From Antedon mediterranea (lineage: Eukaryota > Animalia > Echinodermata): a stretch of 64,000 bases of DNA. Location of the stretch: assembly GCF_964355755.1 (NCBI RefSeq), contig NC_092680.1, forward strand, positions 8,184,001-8,248,000. The letters are read 5' to 3'. Positions 1 to 12,637 of this stretch are shown here, piece after piece; position 1 is the stretch's first letter, and each line of letters starts with the position of its first letter. Under the pieces are notes generated by a model. That model was not told where the DNA came from and did no database searches. It saw only the letters and a program-made list of their open reading frames with translations. A program made the translations under genes and the position numbers.

Positions 1-2685
1 ACTAGGCCAAGCTACACTACCTGTTAATGTTACAAATATATATTACAATCTCAAAATGTATAAATGGTATGTTAAAACAAAACTAATTCCCATTGAAAAT
101 ACCCGTAAGCCTGGGCTCCCCTTACTGATATTCGTTCCAGACATTGGCTGTTACATTTATTCAACCACACAATTCGCCAGGACGCGTTCATTCACTCAAA
201 ATAAATTTCCACTGAAATCATTCATAACATTTTGAAACGTATATATGAGATAAGGTTAGAATTTATTAGATAATTAGGTACACGAACCTGACTAATACTG
301 ATGGCAAATAAAGCATGAAAATACGTTAGTAGCTACACATTAAAGTATCAAAAGTAATTATTGCTTCTATCCTCGAATTAACATTTATTTTGTAGGATTA
401 AACGGACTAAAAAACTGTTGTGACATTATAGATTATATGCATAATTCCTTATTTAATTAATATATATTATAAGAACAGTTATATTTAGACTACATATCTC
501 GCTCCGCTACCTTACTTTAACGGATAGAATGTTCTCAACTTAATTCTGATTCTGATTTGTAAACTGACAACGTTTTAAGCTGTCAGTAATCATGATTAAA
601 GCGAATTCTATAAAACATTAAACGAACTATAACGAACAGTAATTCCGAACTATGATTATACATAAATATTTTAAACATTGTAATAAAATGTTAAAGTTTT
701 AATTATGTCCAACTGAATTTTTTTCAGTATTAACTAACTTAGTTGGCATCATTTTTTAGACCTCTTGGGTGGGATTCTTTTCGAGATGGGCTTCTTTTCG
801 AGATTAGTTTTGCAGACTGAAAAGAAATGAAATGAATGCTGTACATGTTAACTTGATGACGTTGTTTTGTACACATTCTTCTTGAGATTAGTGTATAATA
901 TCATAATACTGTATATTCATTATTAAGGATTTTGATTTATAGACGATAGCCTATAGAAATAATAAAGTCACAATGTTCATAAATTGATCATGATCATGTC
1001 ACTTCCTGTCTTCCGTGACACAGTATCAAATTTTAATGATGTTTTAATGATATCTTATAAGTTATTATTCTTAGATATCAAGGTCATATTAATCTGTAGC
1101 AATTATGATTGGTTATTTAATTATTATAAGGAAAAGTTATTAATTTATTTAGCTTTTTGTTTTGATGTTAAGCATTACACAACTGCCTTGGAATTTCACT
1201 TGAATTACGAAAAAGAGAGGTTTAGGTTTTGTATGTATTATTTTTAATGTATTGTGTTTTTTTTACATTTTAATTCCGAATTATCTATTTTCCCTTCGTG
1301 TTTTCGATGTATGTATTTTTGTATATATCTTTTAATTGTTTGCGTTGTAGTGAACAAAAAATCAACCAATTATTAAAATAAGGCTCCTGTTTGATAATGA
1401 ATACTGATGAGGCGGCGACATTCAGTGATTCATTATGTATGCTGTATATGTTATATATTAAGACACAAACAAGAAACAAATTACCTTTGAAACAAATTAC
1501 TTTTTCTTGAAAAAAGACTAAGCATGTTTGTAAAAATAAATTAAAAGTTAAGTGGCATTGAAACTATAGTAAGACAACAATAATATTGTACGTGTTTTAA
1601 CGAATAATTCATGTATAGTACCTTGTTATGTCATGTTAATAAGAAATAAGAGTGTGACGAAGTCACAAACGGTATATTATAATATGTGTTATTTTATACT
1701 TCTCAAAATTCTCATTTTAACAGTAGGCCTATTGAAAAGGAGGTTTCAGTGTACAATTTCAATGACTAAAGGATTTCCGTTAGTTAACCCGAAGGCAGCT
1801 TACCAAGTGGTGCATGATCCTTCCCAAAAATTATAAAACGTTGAATTTTAAAAGCCATGTTGAAAGTAACGGACACTCATCAGTAACTCACAGTTGTTTT
1901 CTCAGAGAAAAAAAACACGATGTTGTTGGTGTACCATTGATTAATAAGGACCAACATTTTAGTATTATTTTTTTCTTAACACCGGTGAAACTAGCCGTGT
2001 AAAGTTTTGCTTTTTATTAGTTTTCCAGCATTTTCAGTTTTTCACATTGAATTGAATATTATTGAGGTGATGAAGAGTGATTTTGCATCCTTGTCTTTAA
2101 TTGGTATTGCCTTGGTATGACTCAATGATATAATATATTACATTACGATTCACACTCAAAACTTTCTCTCTAGGTACGAACTAAAAACACTTAATAATAA
2201 TGTTGTCATACTGAGTTTAGTTTCGTCGTTTTTATGTAAGTTGTGTGATGGGAACCACTGACAGTGTCGAACACCCAACAGTACATGCAGTTTCGGAACT
2301 CGTGGGTGAGAGTCTCCCGAAAAGTTCTGTAGGCTTAAAAATCGAGTCGTCGTCACGGAAATGATTACATCTATAATTAGAAAGTAAATATAACAGTCTG
2401 CATGTTTTTCTTGCAATAAATTAAACATTTATTTCGTTTCGTATGTATGTACGTCTGTATGGCTATATTAACTACGCATATTTTGTTTGTTAACATGCTG
2501 CTTATTCATTAATTAATATAATCTTTATTAACATAGTTATATTTTGTGTATTTTTTTTTACAAATATACACACAAAAATGAGTTTTATATAAGTCATACC
2601 TACACACACACATACATGCGAAAGCATGAACACCTCGAAGGGAACTCGAGATGCCATAGACTATACTACCTTTAACTGAGCTTAC

Positions 2686-4131
2686 CTTTTTGGTCTCCAT
2701 GGGTATGGTCATAATCTGGGAATATAACGTGTGGTGGTGTTTTATCAATGCTATATTTCCAGCCACCAGTGACGTCATTCAGTGTATCTTGAAATAAGTT
2801 ACAGTCGCTTAATACTTCGAATGTACAGTTGTATATCTCTGCAAAATAATCCACTATAGTTAATTGAAATGTGTGCATTTTAAACATTTAGAAGGAAGGC
2901 ATATAAAATGCATTCTGTTGAAATTAAACGCATAGGCCTATGTTTATAAATATTTGAACCGTACGAATCAGTACTGAAACAAACTTATGAACAAACGACA
3001 TGAGAGGGGAAAACAGAGAAATCCTAGGAATTATCATTTTCATATTATTTTAGTATTCGTAAATGTGCGGAAGAAACGCTGACCACGCCCTCCATATATA
3101 ACTAAGTCCGTGCAACAATATATAATTCCTAAATATCTTCAGATGATAGTTTACTATCTTTATATCGAGGAATTAACTTTCCTGGTAAAATAGTACTGTT
3201 AACATTTGGAAAAACTACACGAAGAATTTGTTCAGTGTAATATAAATAGCCCATATAGGCCCCTGTAGGCCTATACTGGTTTTTCAACATTATTTGAGAC
3301 GCCTATTCGTATTACAGATATCAGCTTGGCCTATGGACAATAATGAATATTATATTGTTGCTATTATTGCTACTGAAATAGTTATCCAAGTGTGATATGC
3401 TATTGCATATCTAGCATACATATATGTCAAGTCTGGGTTAGCTACCGTAGCCATTGGCAAGGTTGAAATAATAATATATAAATAATATAACAACTTCATT
3501 ATGCCTAATTTTGTCCAAGAAATTAAAATATGTTTTTTTTAAAATAAGAACACTGGCCTCCATTTAGAATAAAAATGAATGAACAAATCGACAATATTAG
3601 CACTGTAGGCATACAGTAGGCCTTAAGTTATAACTGCAATGCCTATGATCTATACTTTTAATGTTACAAAAGACCGCATAATTCCCGAATTATACGAATA
3701 AACAAACCGAAACCGACTACATGTATGCGTGTTATATTGAAGAACATGACATAATTAATAATAATAAATAATTTGGGGACAGACTGAAAAAAAAATATCT
3801 TGCATATGACATAAAGCTACAAATAAAAACTAAGTGACACTTAAACATTCAAAGCTTAAATCCACCAAGAACTGTCGAATTGTCGGAAATATTTAACTTC
3901 TTTACCCATGGTTTATCTTAACAACAATAACTGAACCTTTATGACATGGCCTATAATACAATCGTTGAATATTAGCCCTGCTATAAATATCCATAATTTT
4001 CAACTTTTCCAACTATAATACTTACGTTTGATCGCCGATACACAAAGTAAATTGATCAACAAGACAAGAATTAGTACGCTAAAGAGTTTTCCCAACAATT
4101 GTGGCACGCATCTGCAGATAACAGTCCCCAT
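2686..4131 (-). CDS. Secreted or membrane MAM-domain protein, first two coding exons (4131-4026, 2838-2686); later exons not resolved
   Basis: Exon 1 reads MGTVICRCVPQLLGKLFSVLILVLLINLLCVSAIK (signal-peptide-like) and ends C|gtaagt (phase 1). It joins ttttgcag|AG to give QIYNCTFEVLSDCNLFQDTLNDVTGGWKYSIDKTPPHVIFPDYDHTHGDQK, ending G|gtaag. This matches the MAM N-terminal pattern C.FE..C..Q...D..W....TP....P..DHT.G. Confidence 0.72.
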
Positions 4132-4906
4132 ACTTTGTTCAAGGCGCCTATTGTGCGCTCTGTAAGATAGTCTGACCCCAGGATTGGGCGGAAGCTACCC
4201 GCCTGTGACAAGAACATGTGACCAGGGTAGCTGAGTCATAGTAAAGACTACCCATTCGCTGGGTAGGTTATAGAGGAAGAATCTATTAGAAAATTTGTGA
4301 AACAGTATCAACGAGGAATATTACTGTTGTATTTATCATGGCTTGTTCGTCATCATTTAGTGTATTAGAATAAGTTTGCAATTGGACTAGAATGTATATT
4401 TATAATAATAATATAGCGCTTAATTATAATGTTTGGCATTACACAAACACTAATGATCTATAAAATATCCTAAGAAACCGCTCCGTTCTCGGCACTTTAA
4501 GCTCCGCCAGAACATAGGCTCCCGCATAGGCTCCAATGAAAAGGGCATCTGTCTCATATCCTACCAAAAGAAGAAGTTCGAAGATGCTGCCTAAGATTGG
4601 TGTACCTCTTTATTTATTTATTTATGACGTAACGAGTAGAATGACGTCATTTTAACCTTTTTTATTTGTTTTTCTTTCAAGAAAAATGTGTTCAAAAGTA
4701 AACATTTGTTAAAATGCTATACTATAGGCTGAAATTAATCCAAAACCCGACCGATTCGAAGCAAATTTGTGCATTTTTTTATGTGACAGAAGGCGGTTGG
4801 CAATTTAACACTCGTGGTGGCAAAATTGACTACGGTGTGGCAAGAGGCATCTCCTATAATAGATATAGCGTTACTGTAAATATATTATTAATATGATTAA
4901 TGTATG

Positions 4907-5710
4907 TGTTATGCGCGATTTGAACGATTTGCGCAATTTGAAATTGCGCAAAAAAAATCCTTGCGCAATTTGAATTGAAACATGTGTTTCAAATTGCGCA
5001 AGCAACGTATTAAATTGCGCAAGTAATCTGCAAATTGCGCAAGGTTTTTCGACAGATTGTGAAATCATGCACACCCATATTTTTATAGTAATTTCTAAGA
5101 ATGATTCAAAATTAAAGATAAATATCGCATTTCCTTATTTTAGTAGTGCAAATATTGTTATAAGTTAGCATACCGTCGAAGAACCGACGAAGGAAAATGA
5201 AGCGGTGGTGTTCCACCAGGCGGGCGCGGCGCGGGCGGCCGGCTATAGCCTACTACTCTAGCCTAGCTAGGGTCTGGACTACTGATACTGACTAGGTTAC
5301 ATGGCCTAGCTTAAACTAATATTAAAAACTTAAAAAGTGAGTATTAAACATTATCTTCATTGAAATGGTCTTATTTATATAATAAAATACTACATTTTAA
5401 ACTCCTCTGCCTAGGCCTAGCCTAGCCATGTATGGGAAAATTTACAGTTCGTTTTCAAATTGCGCAAAGGTGTCATATTGCGCAAGAACTATCTTGCGCA
5501 ATTTACAAATTGTGCAGCGCAATTTAAAATTGCGCAAAGATTTTCTTGCGCAATTTGAAATTGCGCAAGTTGATTGCGCAATTTGAAATTGCGCAAAAAA
5601 ATCCTTGCGCAATTTTAAATTGCGCAAGAATTCTTTGCGCAATTTCAAATTGCGCAAGGATTTTTTTGCGCAATTTCAAATTGCGCAAATCGTTCAAATC
5701 GCGCATAACA
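4907..5710. mobile_element. Non-autonomous DNA transposon/MITE, Ginger-like (TGT...ACA ends, 4-bp TSD)
   Basis: TIR TGTTATGCGCGATTTGAACGATTTGCGCAATTTGAAATTGCGC.. with its reverse complement ending at 5710. TATG is duplicated at 4903-4906 and 5711-5714. Subterminal arrays of TTGCGCAA. Superfamily assignment rests on termini and TSD only. Confidence 0.8.
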
Positions 5711-5759
5711 TATGCATCATGCCAGTTGACTATGCATTTTTGACGGTAGGAATTGCTAA

Positions 5760-5974
5760 AGCGTGATTCCCACTAACGCAACGCAGCGACGTATTGACGC
5801 AACGTGATGTATTGCGTAATCACAAGTGGGAACCGACGACGCAACAACGCGTTGCAACGCTGTAAAAATCGCAGATTTGATTTTACGCAGGCGGGGGCAA
5901 ACACAATTACTGGAAGGGTATTTTCTTACGTTGCGTAGATTGCGTTACGTTGCGTCGCTAATGGGAACCAAGCT
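5760..5974. mobile_element. PIF/Harbinger-like MITE (AGCTTGGTTCCCACTA family), copy 1
   Basis: AGCGTGATTCCCACTA ... TAATGGGAACCAAGCT, flanked by TAA and TTA; internal ACGCAACG repeats. Confidence 0.7.
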
Positions 5975-6029
5975 TTATATAGCTTACCTAAATTAACGTA
6001 ACCCTTTAAATATCTCTCTTTCAAAATAA

Positions 6030-6188
6030 AGCTTGGTTCCCACTAGAACGCAACGTAAGGACGTAAGCTGCAACGCAAGCAAATTGACCAATCCAAGCAA
6101 TGGGTTATTCGAACCGTTCCTTGTTATTGGTCATTTCGCTTGCGTTACGGCTTACGTTCTTACGCTGCGTTATAGTGGGAACCAAGCT
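6030..6188. mobile_element. PIF/Harbinger-like MITE (same TIR family), copy 2
   Basis: Perfect TIR AGCTTGGTTCCCACTA / TAGTGGGAACCAAGCT with TAA TSD on both sides. Confidence 0.8.
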
Positions 6189-6421
6189 TAAGAGAAAAAC
6201 AATATTTATTTCCCATTAAAAAATGATTTTAAAAATAATCAGCCATTGAGCCCCAAGATAGAGCTGTATTCAAAACAGATCATTCCCGTATTTCACGCGA
6301 AGCACATGACTGAACAGATGACAATAGTTGTTATATGCGCTTTATATTACGTAATTCATCCTTACTTCATAAATCTTGAGGGAACGAAATTAGTACCGTA
6401 TTGACCACTATACCCAAAGAT

Positions 6422-6783
6422 GACCGGTTAGCTCAGTCGACTGAGGGTCGTGTTATTAACACGTATGTCGTAGGTTCGAATCCCACGCTGTCTACACTAT
6501 CAAACTAGTTTGACAAAAAAAGTTTGATGTGCCCAAATATGGTAGTAATATGACATCATCATGTCCATATATGGGCATATCACATTTTTTTGTCACATAA
6601 AGTTTGATAGTGTAGACAAAGATTTAGGCATTTTCACGCTGCTGATCTAGCCAGCTACGTCCCATGAGGACTACTCATTCATAAGAAAGCAAGCAGCAGT
6701 TATACTATCTAAGGCCGACAGTTTTGCGACTTTGTAAACTCGACTATAATTTATAGATCCCAGCTGCTGGATAAAAAAAAAAA
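6422..6783 (+). mobile_element. tRNA-derived SINE (A/B boxes, poly-A tail) interrupted by a MITE at about 6487-6623
   Basis: A box TAGCTCAGTCG, B box GGTTCGAATCC, anticodon-like stem cgtg-ttattaa-cacg, A-run ending at 6783. The internal insert TCTACACTATCAAACT...AGTTTGATAGTGTAGAC belongs to the family also seen at 26788 and 57072. Confidence 0.65.
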
Positions 6784-6839
6784 CGTCTGAGAAAAGAGAG
6801 TCTATGAGGGCTCACGGTTGAACGATTTTGGATTCTCGC

Positions 6840-7473
6840 CTTTTGATTGGTTGACGCGAATCAACAGACTTGGAAGAATTTTCGTGAAGCCGTCTCTGGA
6901 GGGTATTCAGTTGCATGCCAACAGGTTGAGGTCACACACACACACAGTACATTAAAGTTCAAAATTGACCATTTTCAAATTGGCATGTGAATCATAATTA
7001 AAGAACTATCTTTGATTTGTATGTATTTTTGCGATTAAAAGGACATCCTTTTAATAATTAATCATAAATATAGTTGAAGAAAAAACAATGATTAATTTTA
7101 AAATGTCGAGTAGCGTAGCGTAATATTTCTTGTTTAAAGTAGAGAAATCCCCACCTAAAACTTTGAAGTCTTTACATTGTTTTATTGTTAGTGGTAAAAT
7201 TTCCCTGAGGAGACATGCATTGATAGCATGCAGACGGTGTAAAGTGTTGCGGCATCAAACAATCCGCAATCCGCTTAATAGCGCCCGCAATTTTGCCATA
7301 AAAAACAATCAATACTTCCGGTTTTGAATTGTTTGTAAACTGTCTGTTCCACCATATTGATTCCCGGCGAGACAAGTTCAAGCCCTGGGCATTTGGTTTG
7401 GACTTACTCTTTTTCCAGTAAACTACATTATTTCATTTTTTGTGAACAGATACATTAATCTATTAGATACCAG
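6840..7473 (+). promoter_or_regulatory. Putative promoter and non-coding first exon of the protein 4.1 gene
   Basis: CpG-richer stretch, inverted CCAAT (GATTGG) at about 6845, Inr-like TTCAGTT at about 6905, donor CAG|gtaatc at 7473. No transcript evidence. Confidence 0.35.
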
Positions 7474-9894
7474 GTAATCATTTATTTTATGTGAATGAAA
7501 CGTTCACGACGGGAAAATTTAGCAACGTATGTTTGTAGGCTAGGCCTACCAGCAGAGTCTTTCTTGGTGATCAATACGATTGAATGACCTAGCGAGAATG
7601 TGGCGACGGGTATTTCCAGAGCTCCATAAACAAAATCCTACCGAGGCTGGATAAGTATCTGTATAATATGAACATGTAGCATGAGTATAGCAGCAATATA
7701 TTAAAATACAATAAATTAGATGTTATATTATGAATGTATGTTTGTATTATTTCAATTTGTAGAAGTAAGTAGCCTACTATATATAGAGCAATCCAGGACC
7801 AATTTAATGTCGTTATAAGAAGATCAAGTAGGCTTACACAGCAGTAACCTATATTTAAAACACTAGGGGCCTAAAAAAGTTAAGAAAGACTCGATTCAAT
7901 AATACATTCAATTAATTGGTTTATTATTGAAGCAATTATATAGGGCCTAGTCATTGTTAATTTATTATAGTACTGTATAGTTATTATTACTATAGGACGG
8001 TAATTTGAAGGGTATTGATTAGGCCAAATAATGGAGAAAGTCTCCATAATTAATTAGGCCTAATTTAACTTTATATTATATTGTTAATGATTAGTATGAG
8101 TCGTTTTAACTGTAATACTGTTATTTAATAAAGTAGACCTTTAATTAATCATTTGCTCAACTGTCGTTAAAAATATTATTTTAGTAATTATCATGATAAC
8201 AAGGAATTACCATCATACCATTAATAATCTTTACACTACTATATACACTATGATTACTATATATACGTATATATATTACTTAGTGGAAAACAATATTTAC
8301 AATGCAAATGCTTCGAAAAATTCGCCGGAGCTGCAGAATAAAATTAAAAATACCAACTGGAAAAAACATAATAAAGATTTAATATTTCGAAGTTGTACAC
8401 GCACATTGACTGACTTGACTTGTTTTGAGTTCGTGTGTAAATGTTAGTTAGAACCCTTAAGAAGAGGGACCCAGAAACACGCGGTCCTTTTAATAGGTCC
8501 TTTGAAGGATATTCCTACCCCTTATTCATGAGACAACCGATAATCCGCTTAGTACTGTAGCGTTTTCGCGGGGAAAAACATAAAATACTGTATTGATCTC
8601 TAGACTCAAGAAATTGAGAAGGCCGGATTGAAATTTTAGCAGTCAGCATTTCACCAAATAAAAACTCTCAAGCCAGAAAAGTATCACCATAATATCCATT
8701 TTGTATTAATAAACGATATAGGCCTAAAATGAACATAACTATTTTCTGTTGTTTTTTGTGATGGAAAAAATGTTTGATCAAAAGGAAAGATTCTGCTGTA
8801 TACAGTAGTAACATGTAATACTAATTCTTTTTAGCCCAAAATTATCTGAAATACTGATCTGATTTACTATTTGTACAGTAGTTAAAAGTGCCATAGGCCT
8901 TATTCGTATAAAAATAAATTAGTTGGGCGTCTAAAAAATATGTTTTTTGATTTTACGGAAATTTGAAAATGAACCCGATCAGTAATATTAAAAATTCATG
9001 CTCTAACGAATGTCGGAAAATGCCGCGTTTTTCAGCCAAAATTTCCTTCTCTCTGCGTGCGCATCTCTAATATAGTAATATTATCGTTTAAACATTCAAA
9101 AACAACTTCAAAACGACGGTTTTAGAGCCGACTGTTGATCTTTGGTCAAGTGGTATCGTTCTGCAAAGCACGCTTTATTTGCAAACGTGATTTCAAAAAT
9201 TATCTCAACATCTACAAAAACGGGCGTGTTTCCTCAGATGGCAATTTACGCTATGTTTATACAGTGAGAATTCGTACCTTTTTAGTAGCATACACTCCAA
9301 AACGTAGTTCCCGTATATCAGTGTTAAAATAAAAATAAAGGAGTGTTTAAATATATAAAACATTATAAATATAATTTATTAATAAATATATTTGATAATT
9401 CCGCAATATAGACATTCGACAGCAGTGGACGTTTCGGTGTACATGAGAAATTCATGGGTGAAAAGGGCGCAATAATCCGTCACGCTTGAGTAGTGCCAAG
9501 TCTTGTTTACTCTATACTTTTCAGGCGTCCCATATTCATTCATTGACATAATTGTTCAAAGTGCAAAATTGTCCACGTTTTTCATGGATGGTTATTCGGG
9601 AAATCGGAGATCGATATTATTTAAAAGGTATTGCATTGTTTTACATATTTACGAACATAACCTGTGTTGATAATTAGTCGTAGAAGCTCATCTTCTCTTG
9701 GAGTTTTCACGTATGTTCGCCTAGCATGCACCAGTTAGGCGCGAGGCTAGCAAGGCCTAGGCCTAGCCTAGTACAGTAATAGCCTAAGCTTAGATGGCCA
9801 ACATACGATCATAGAGACGATCGGGCCCATCATAGAGATACGTTTGGCCCGATCGTCTTCGTTTTAGGCGTTGGTCCCGATAGTCTTAAGTTTA

Positions 9895-10084
9895 AGCCTG
9901 TTTTCCTACTACAGTCTACGCTATTGTCGTTGAGCGTTAAAAGTTCAACAACGATCGTTTGAAAACGATCAAGTTGAAATGATAACGATAGCAAGTACCT
10001 TTTCCTGTAAATCGTTAACATTTCAATTTTTACGTAGGAGATCGCCGATTATTGTTAACGAGAGCGTCGACAGGAAAACAGGCT
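9895..10084. mobile_element. PIF/Harbinger-like MITE
   Basis: TIR AGCCTGTTTTCCT / AGGAAAACAGGCT with TTA TSD on both sides. Confidence 0.75.
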
Positions 10085-10321
10085 TTAATCGTTGGGTCCC
10101 ATCATAGTCTTAACATTGGGCCCGCTTCTAGTCTTGTATCATTTGTAAATCCGTTCAATTATAGTTTATTATGAATAATTGAGTTCTCGGCAGAATGTCA
10201 TACAGAGTGGATGAAGTGAAATATTGTGTTACTTACAGAACAGTAACCAAATGATTGATCGTACGTGGGACCCACTGATTGTGCATCCTGTGTAGCAGCA
10301 GTCAGGGGCTTGATTGATGTG

Positions 10322-10521
10322 ACGCAGTGGCTAAAGATACGGTACCGTACCGCATTCTCTACAGACGCGATCGCGATAAGAAAAAAATCCAAAGTCCTTA
10401 TATGATGACGTCACAAACGTACCAGCACCCCATTGGTTGATTATGACATATGTAATGCAATTTTACTCTACCTTTAGCAAATGGAAGTTAGTATACGGTA
10501 CCATATCTTTAGCCACAGCGT
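10322..10521. mobile_element. MITE, unclassified
   Basis: About 27-bp imperfect TIR ACGCAGTGGCTAAAGATACGGTACCGTA / TACGGTACCATATCTTTAGCCACAGCGT; TSD not clear. Confidence 0.6.
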
Positions 10522-12589
10522 TTATTTGATTCTTATGTTCTTTTTTGCTACCAAAAATATACTGCAGAAACAGGCCTTTATAAATGGTTTAGTACAACTA
10601 CAAGCAGGAATAATTAGATTTGAAGTCATTTTTTGGCGAGGCGTTTGGCACACCAAACACCACATGCACAGTACGTTAGAAAATACGCACAAAAAAAAGA
10701 TGAATCATTTTAATGTTGATAAACTATTATTCAAATATTTTATAATTATTATTTTTTTTTACATTTGTATCACAAACTTGTGGAAAGAACACCTTTAATT
10801 TATTTTGTGGTGAACAATAACAAATCCAATTCATTTTCGTTGACCCAATTCTGCAATAGATAGAGGGAAAGACTTTAAAGTTAACTGTATGAAAATATAC
10901 AGATGGCCACGCAACTTTCTATACATTGTTATATAATTAAATATGTTGGTTCACTTTATAGTACAGTATATTTAATGCTTATCCAAAAAAAATCATAATT
11001 TTAATTATCTACTCAAGTGGTATAAAAATACAACCAAATCCATGATATTATGGTCAGAAAGTCTCCATGTCTTACGAGAGGCACTACCAAGTGTACTGAG
11101 GAAGAGCAAACAGGCTTTTAGATGAAGAGGAGGTCACATGGTAAACCGGTCACATGCCCACGTACAAGATGTGTCTGCGCATGGAGATTCAATCAACTGT
11201 ATATTACTAGTTTACTGTCTCTGATTTTTAGGTGTATAAATTCCAATTTCTAGTTTTTGTTAGTCAATCAACTATGCAGCTGTTAGTTATATAGTGTAAA
11301 TGGAAAGTATTTAATAAATGTTATCATACAGTGTGGTAAATAAGTCATTGTTTGTAAATCTTTTAAACTGTTTACACATTGGTTATCAAATATTGTATTA
11401 AACGAGTCATATGGTTGTAACACAAAATTTGACTTCAATAAATTCAAAGTTTGTTTTGTTGTAGAAATGGTGTTTGTCATTGGTGCAATATTTGTAATTC
11501 AGATACAATGATAAGATAAATGTTTAATAAACATATTTATTAATAACAAGCAATTTATTATTGTTTTGAAAAAAGGAAAAATAATCATATAACATTTTTA
11601 ATATTCACAAATTCAATTGCTTTTTGTTGTTGAATTAATGCATCAGACTAGAATATTTTATTTTATAAGGTCTGATACAGCAACTCCCTGGATACAGTAC
11701 TGCCAGATAAATGTACTGTACTTAGAATAAGAAACCCTGTAGTTTCTCTTTGTTCTTTTATGTCCTATTATTAACAATCCTTTTCTATACAAGTAAGCAC
11801 AACAGATAGTTAATGCACTCCCATTGTTAGGTCAATCAATACTGCCACCACCTACAGTACAGCACATTAATGTCAAAGGTTTGAAACTCTCATTCAGCCA
11901 ATTATGTGATGTGCATGTATTTTGGTGCTGTTAGACACATACTGTACTATAGGTCCTGAAATTTGATATCTGTACTGGTACTGTACAGTACATCATGATA
12001 GTTTGTGCCATTGTACATACTATTAAACTTTAGTTGCCTGGATTTTGTTTACATTAACTCAACAATGTTTTGGGCATTCCAATGTACTAATATGTACTAG
12101 TCTAGTAACTTTCTATCCATGGAAAATGACCCTTTCATGAGATTCAAGAAAAAATATACACAGAAATTTGTGATACTTGGCAATAAAAGTTATATTACAT
12201 ATGGTACAAAATCACACAATAAATAATAACAAGGTAATATTATTCCTATACTATACAGTTGAAAGATTGACTGGTAAACTCTAAGTAATAGTATAAGTAA
12301 TACGTACTCTGGAAACATTTTTGCCAGTGTGCATAGCATAAATACAATCTTTATTAAAGTACTGTACATTTATTTTAACTTCAGCCAAAATTCAATACAA
12401 AAACATGTTTTCTACAGGACTTGCTCAAAAGTTTCTAATGAAAATAATCCCTGGATATGATGATTTCAGGGTAAAATTTGACCTTTGACCCAGAGTTGCT
12501 GAAAGTGAATGGTAGTACAGTACTGTAGATACATGCATTGATTACTTACCTTAATTTGTTTTCTTTTTTTATAGTAGGTTGAGTCAGTA

Positions 12590-12637
12590 ATGATTAATGG
12601 TAGAGCTGATTATAACGACGAGTTGACATCAGTAAAG
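12590..12637 (+). CDS. EPB41: Protein 4.1 putative start exon ([16 protein letters not shown])
   Basis: Polypyrimidine tract, tandem atag-tag acceptor, ATG at 12590, AAG|gttggt donor, phase 0 into the next exon. Confidence 0.55.

Noticed and set aside
750-1860. Small minus-strand gene MAFKIQRFIIFGKDHAPL|VCKTNLEKK... (donor about 1803, acceptor 816)
   Set aside because: Splice signals are plausible but the product is under 40 aa with no recognisable homology, so it cannot be supported.
4871-5743. RNFKLRK/AQFEIAQ repeat ORFs and a CRISPR-like look
   Set aside because: Produced by TTGCGCAA palindrome arrays in a MITE. There are no constant repeats with unique spacers and no cas genes, and the context is eukaryotic.
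6422-6490. Functional tRNA gene
   Set aside because: Acceptor stem broken by a MITE, atypical D and anticodon arms, and followed by a SINE-like body and A tail.
8896-9535. TIR element with GGGCGTCTAAAAAATAT / ATACTTTTCAGGCGTCCC ends
   Set aside because: Inverted similarity is too weak and no TSD was identified.
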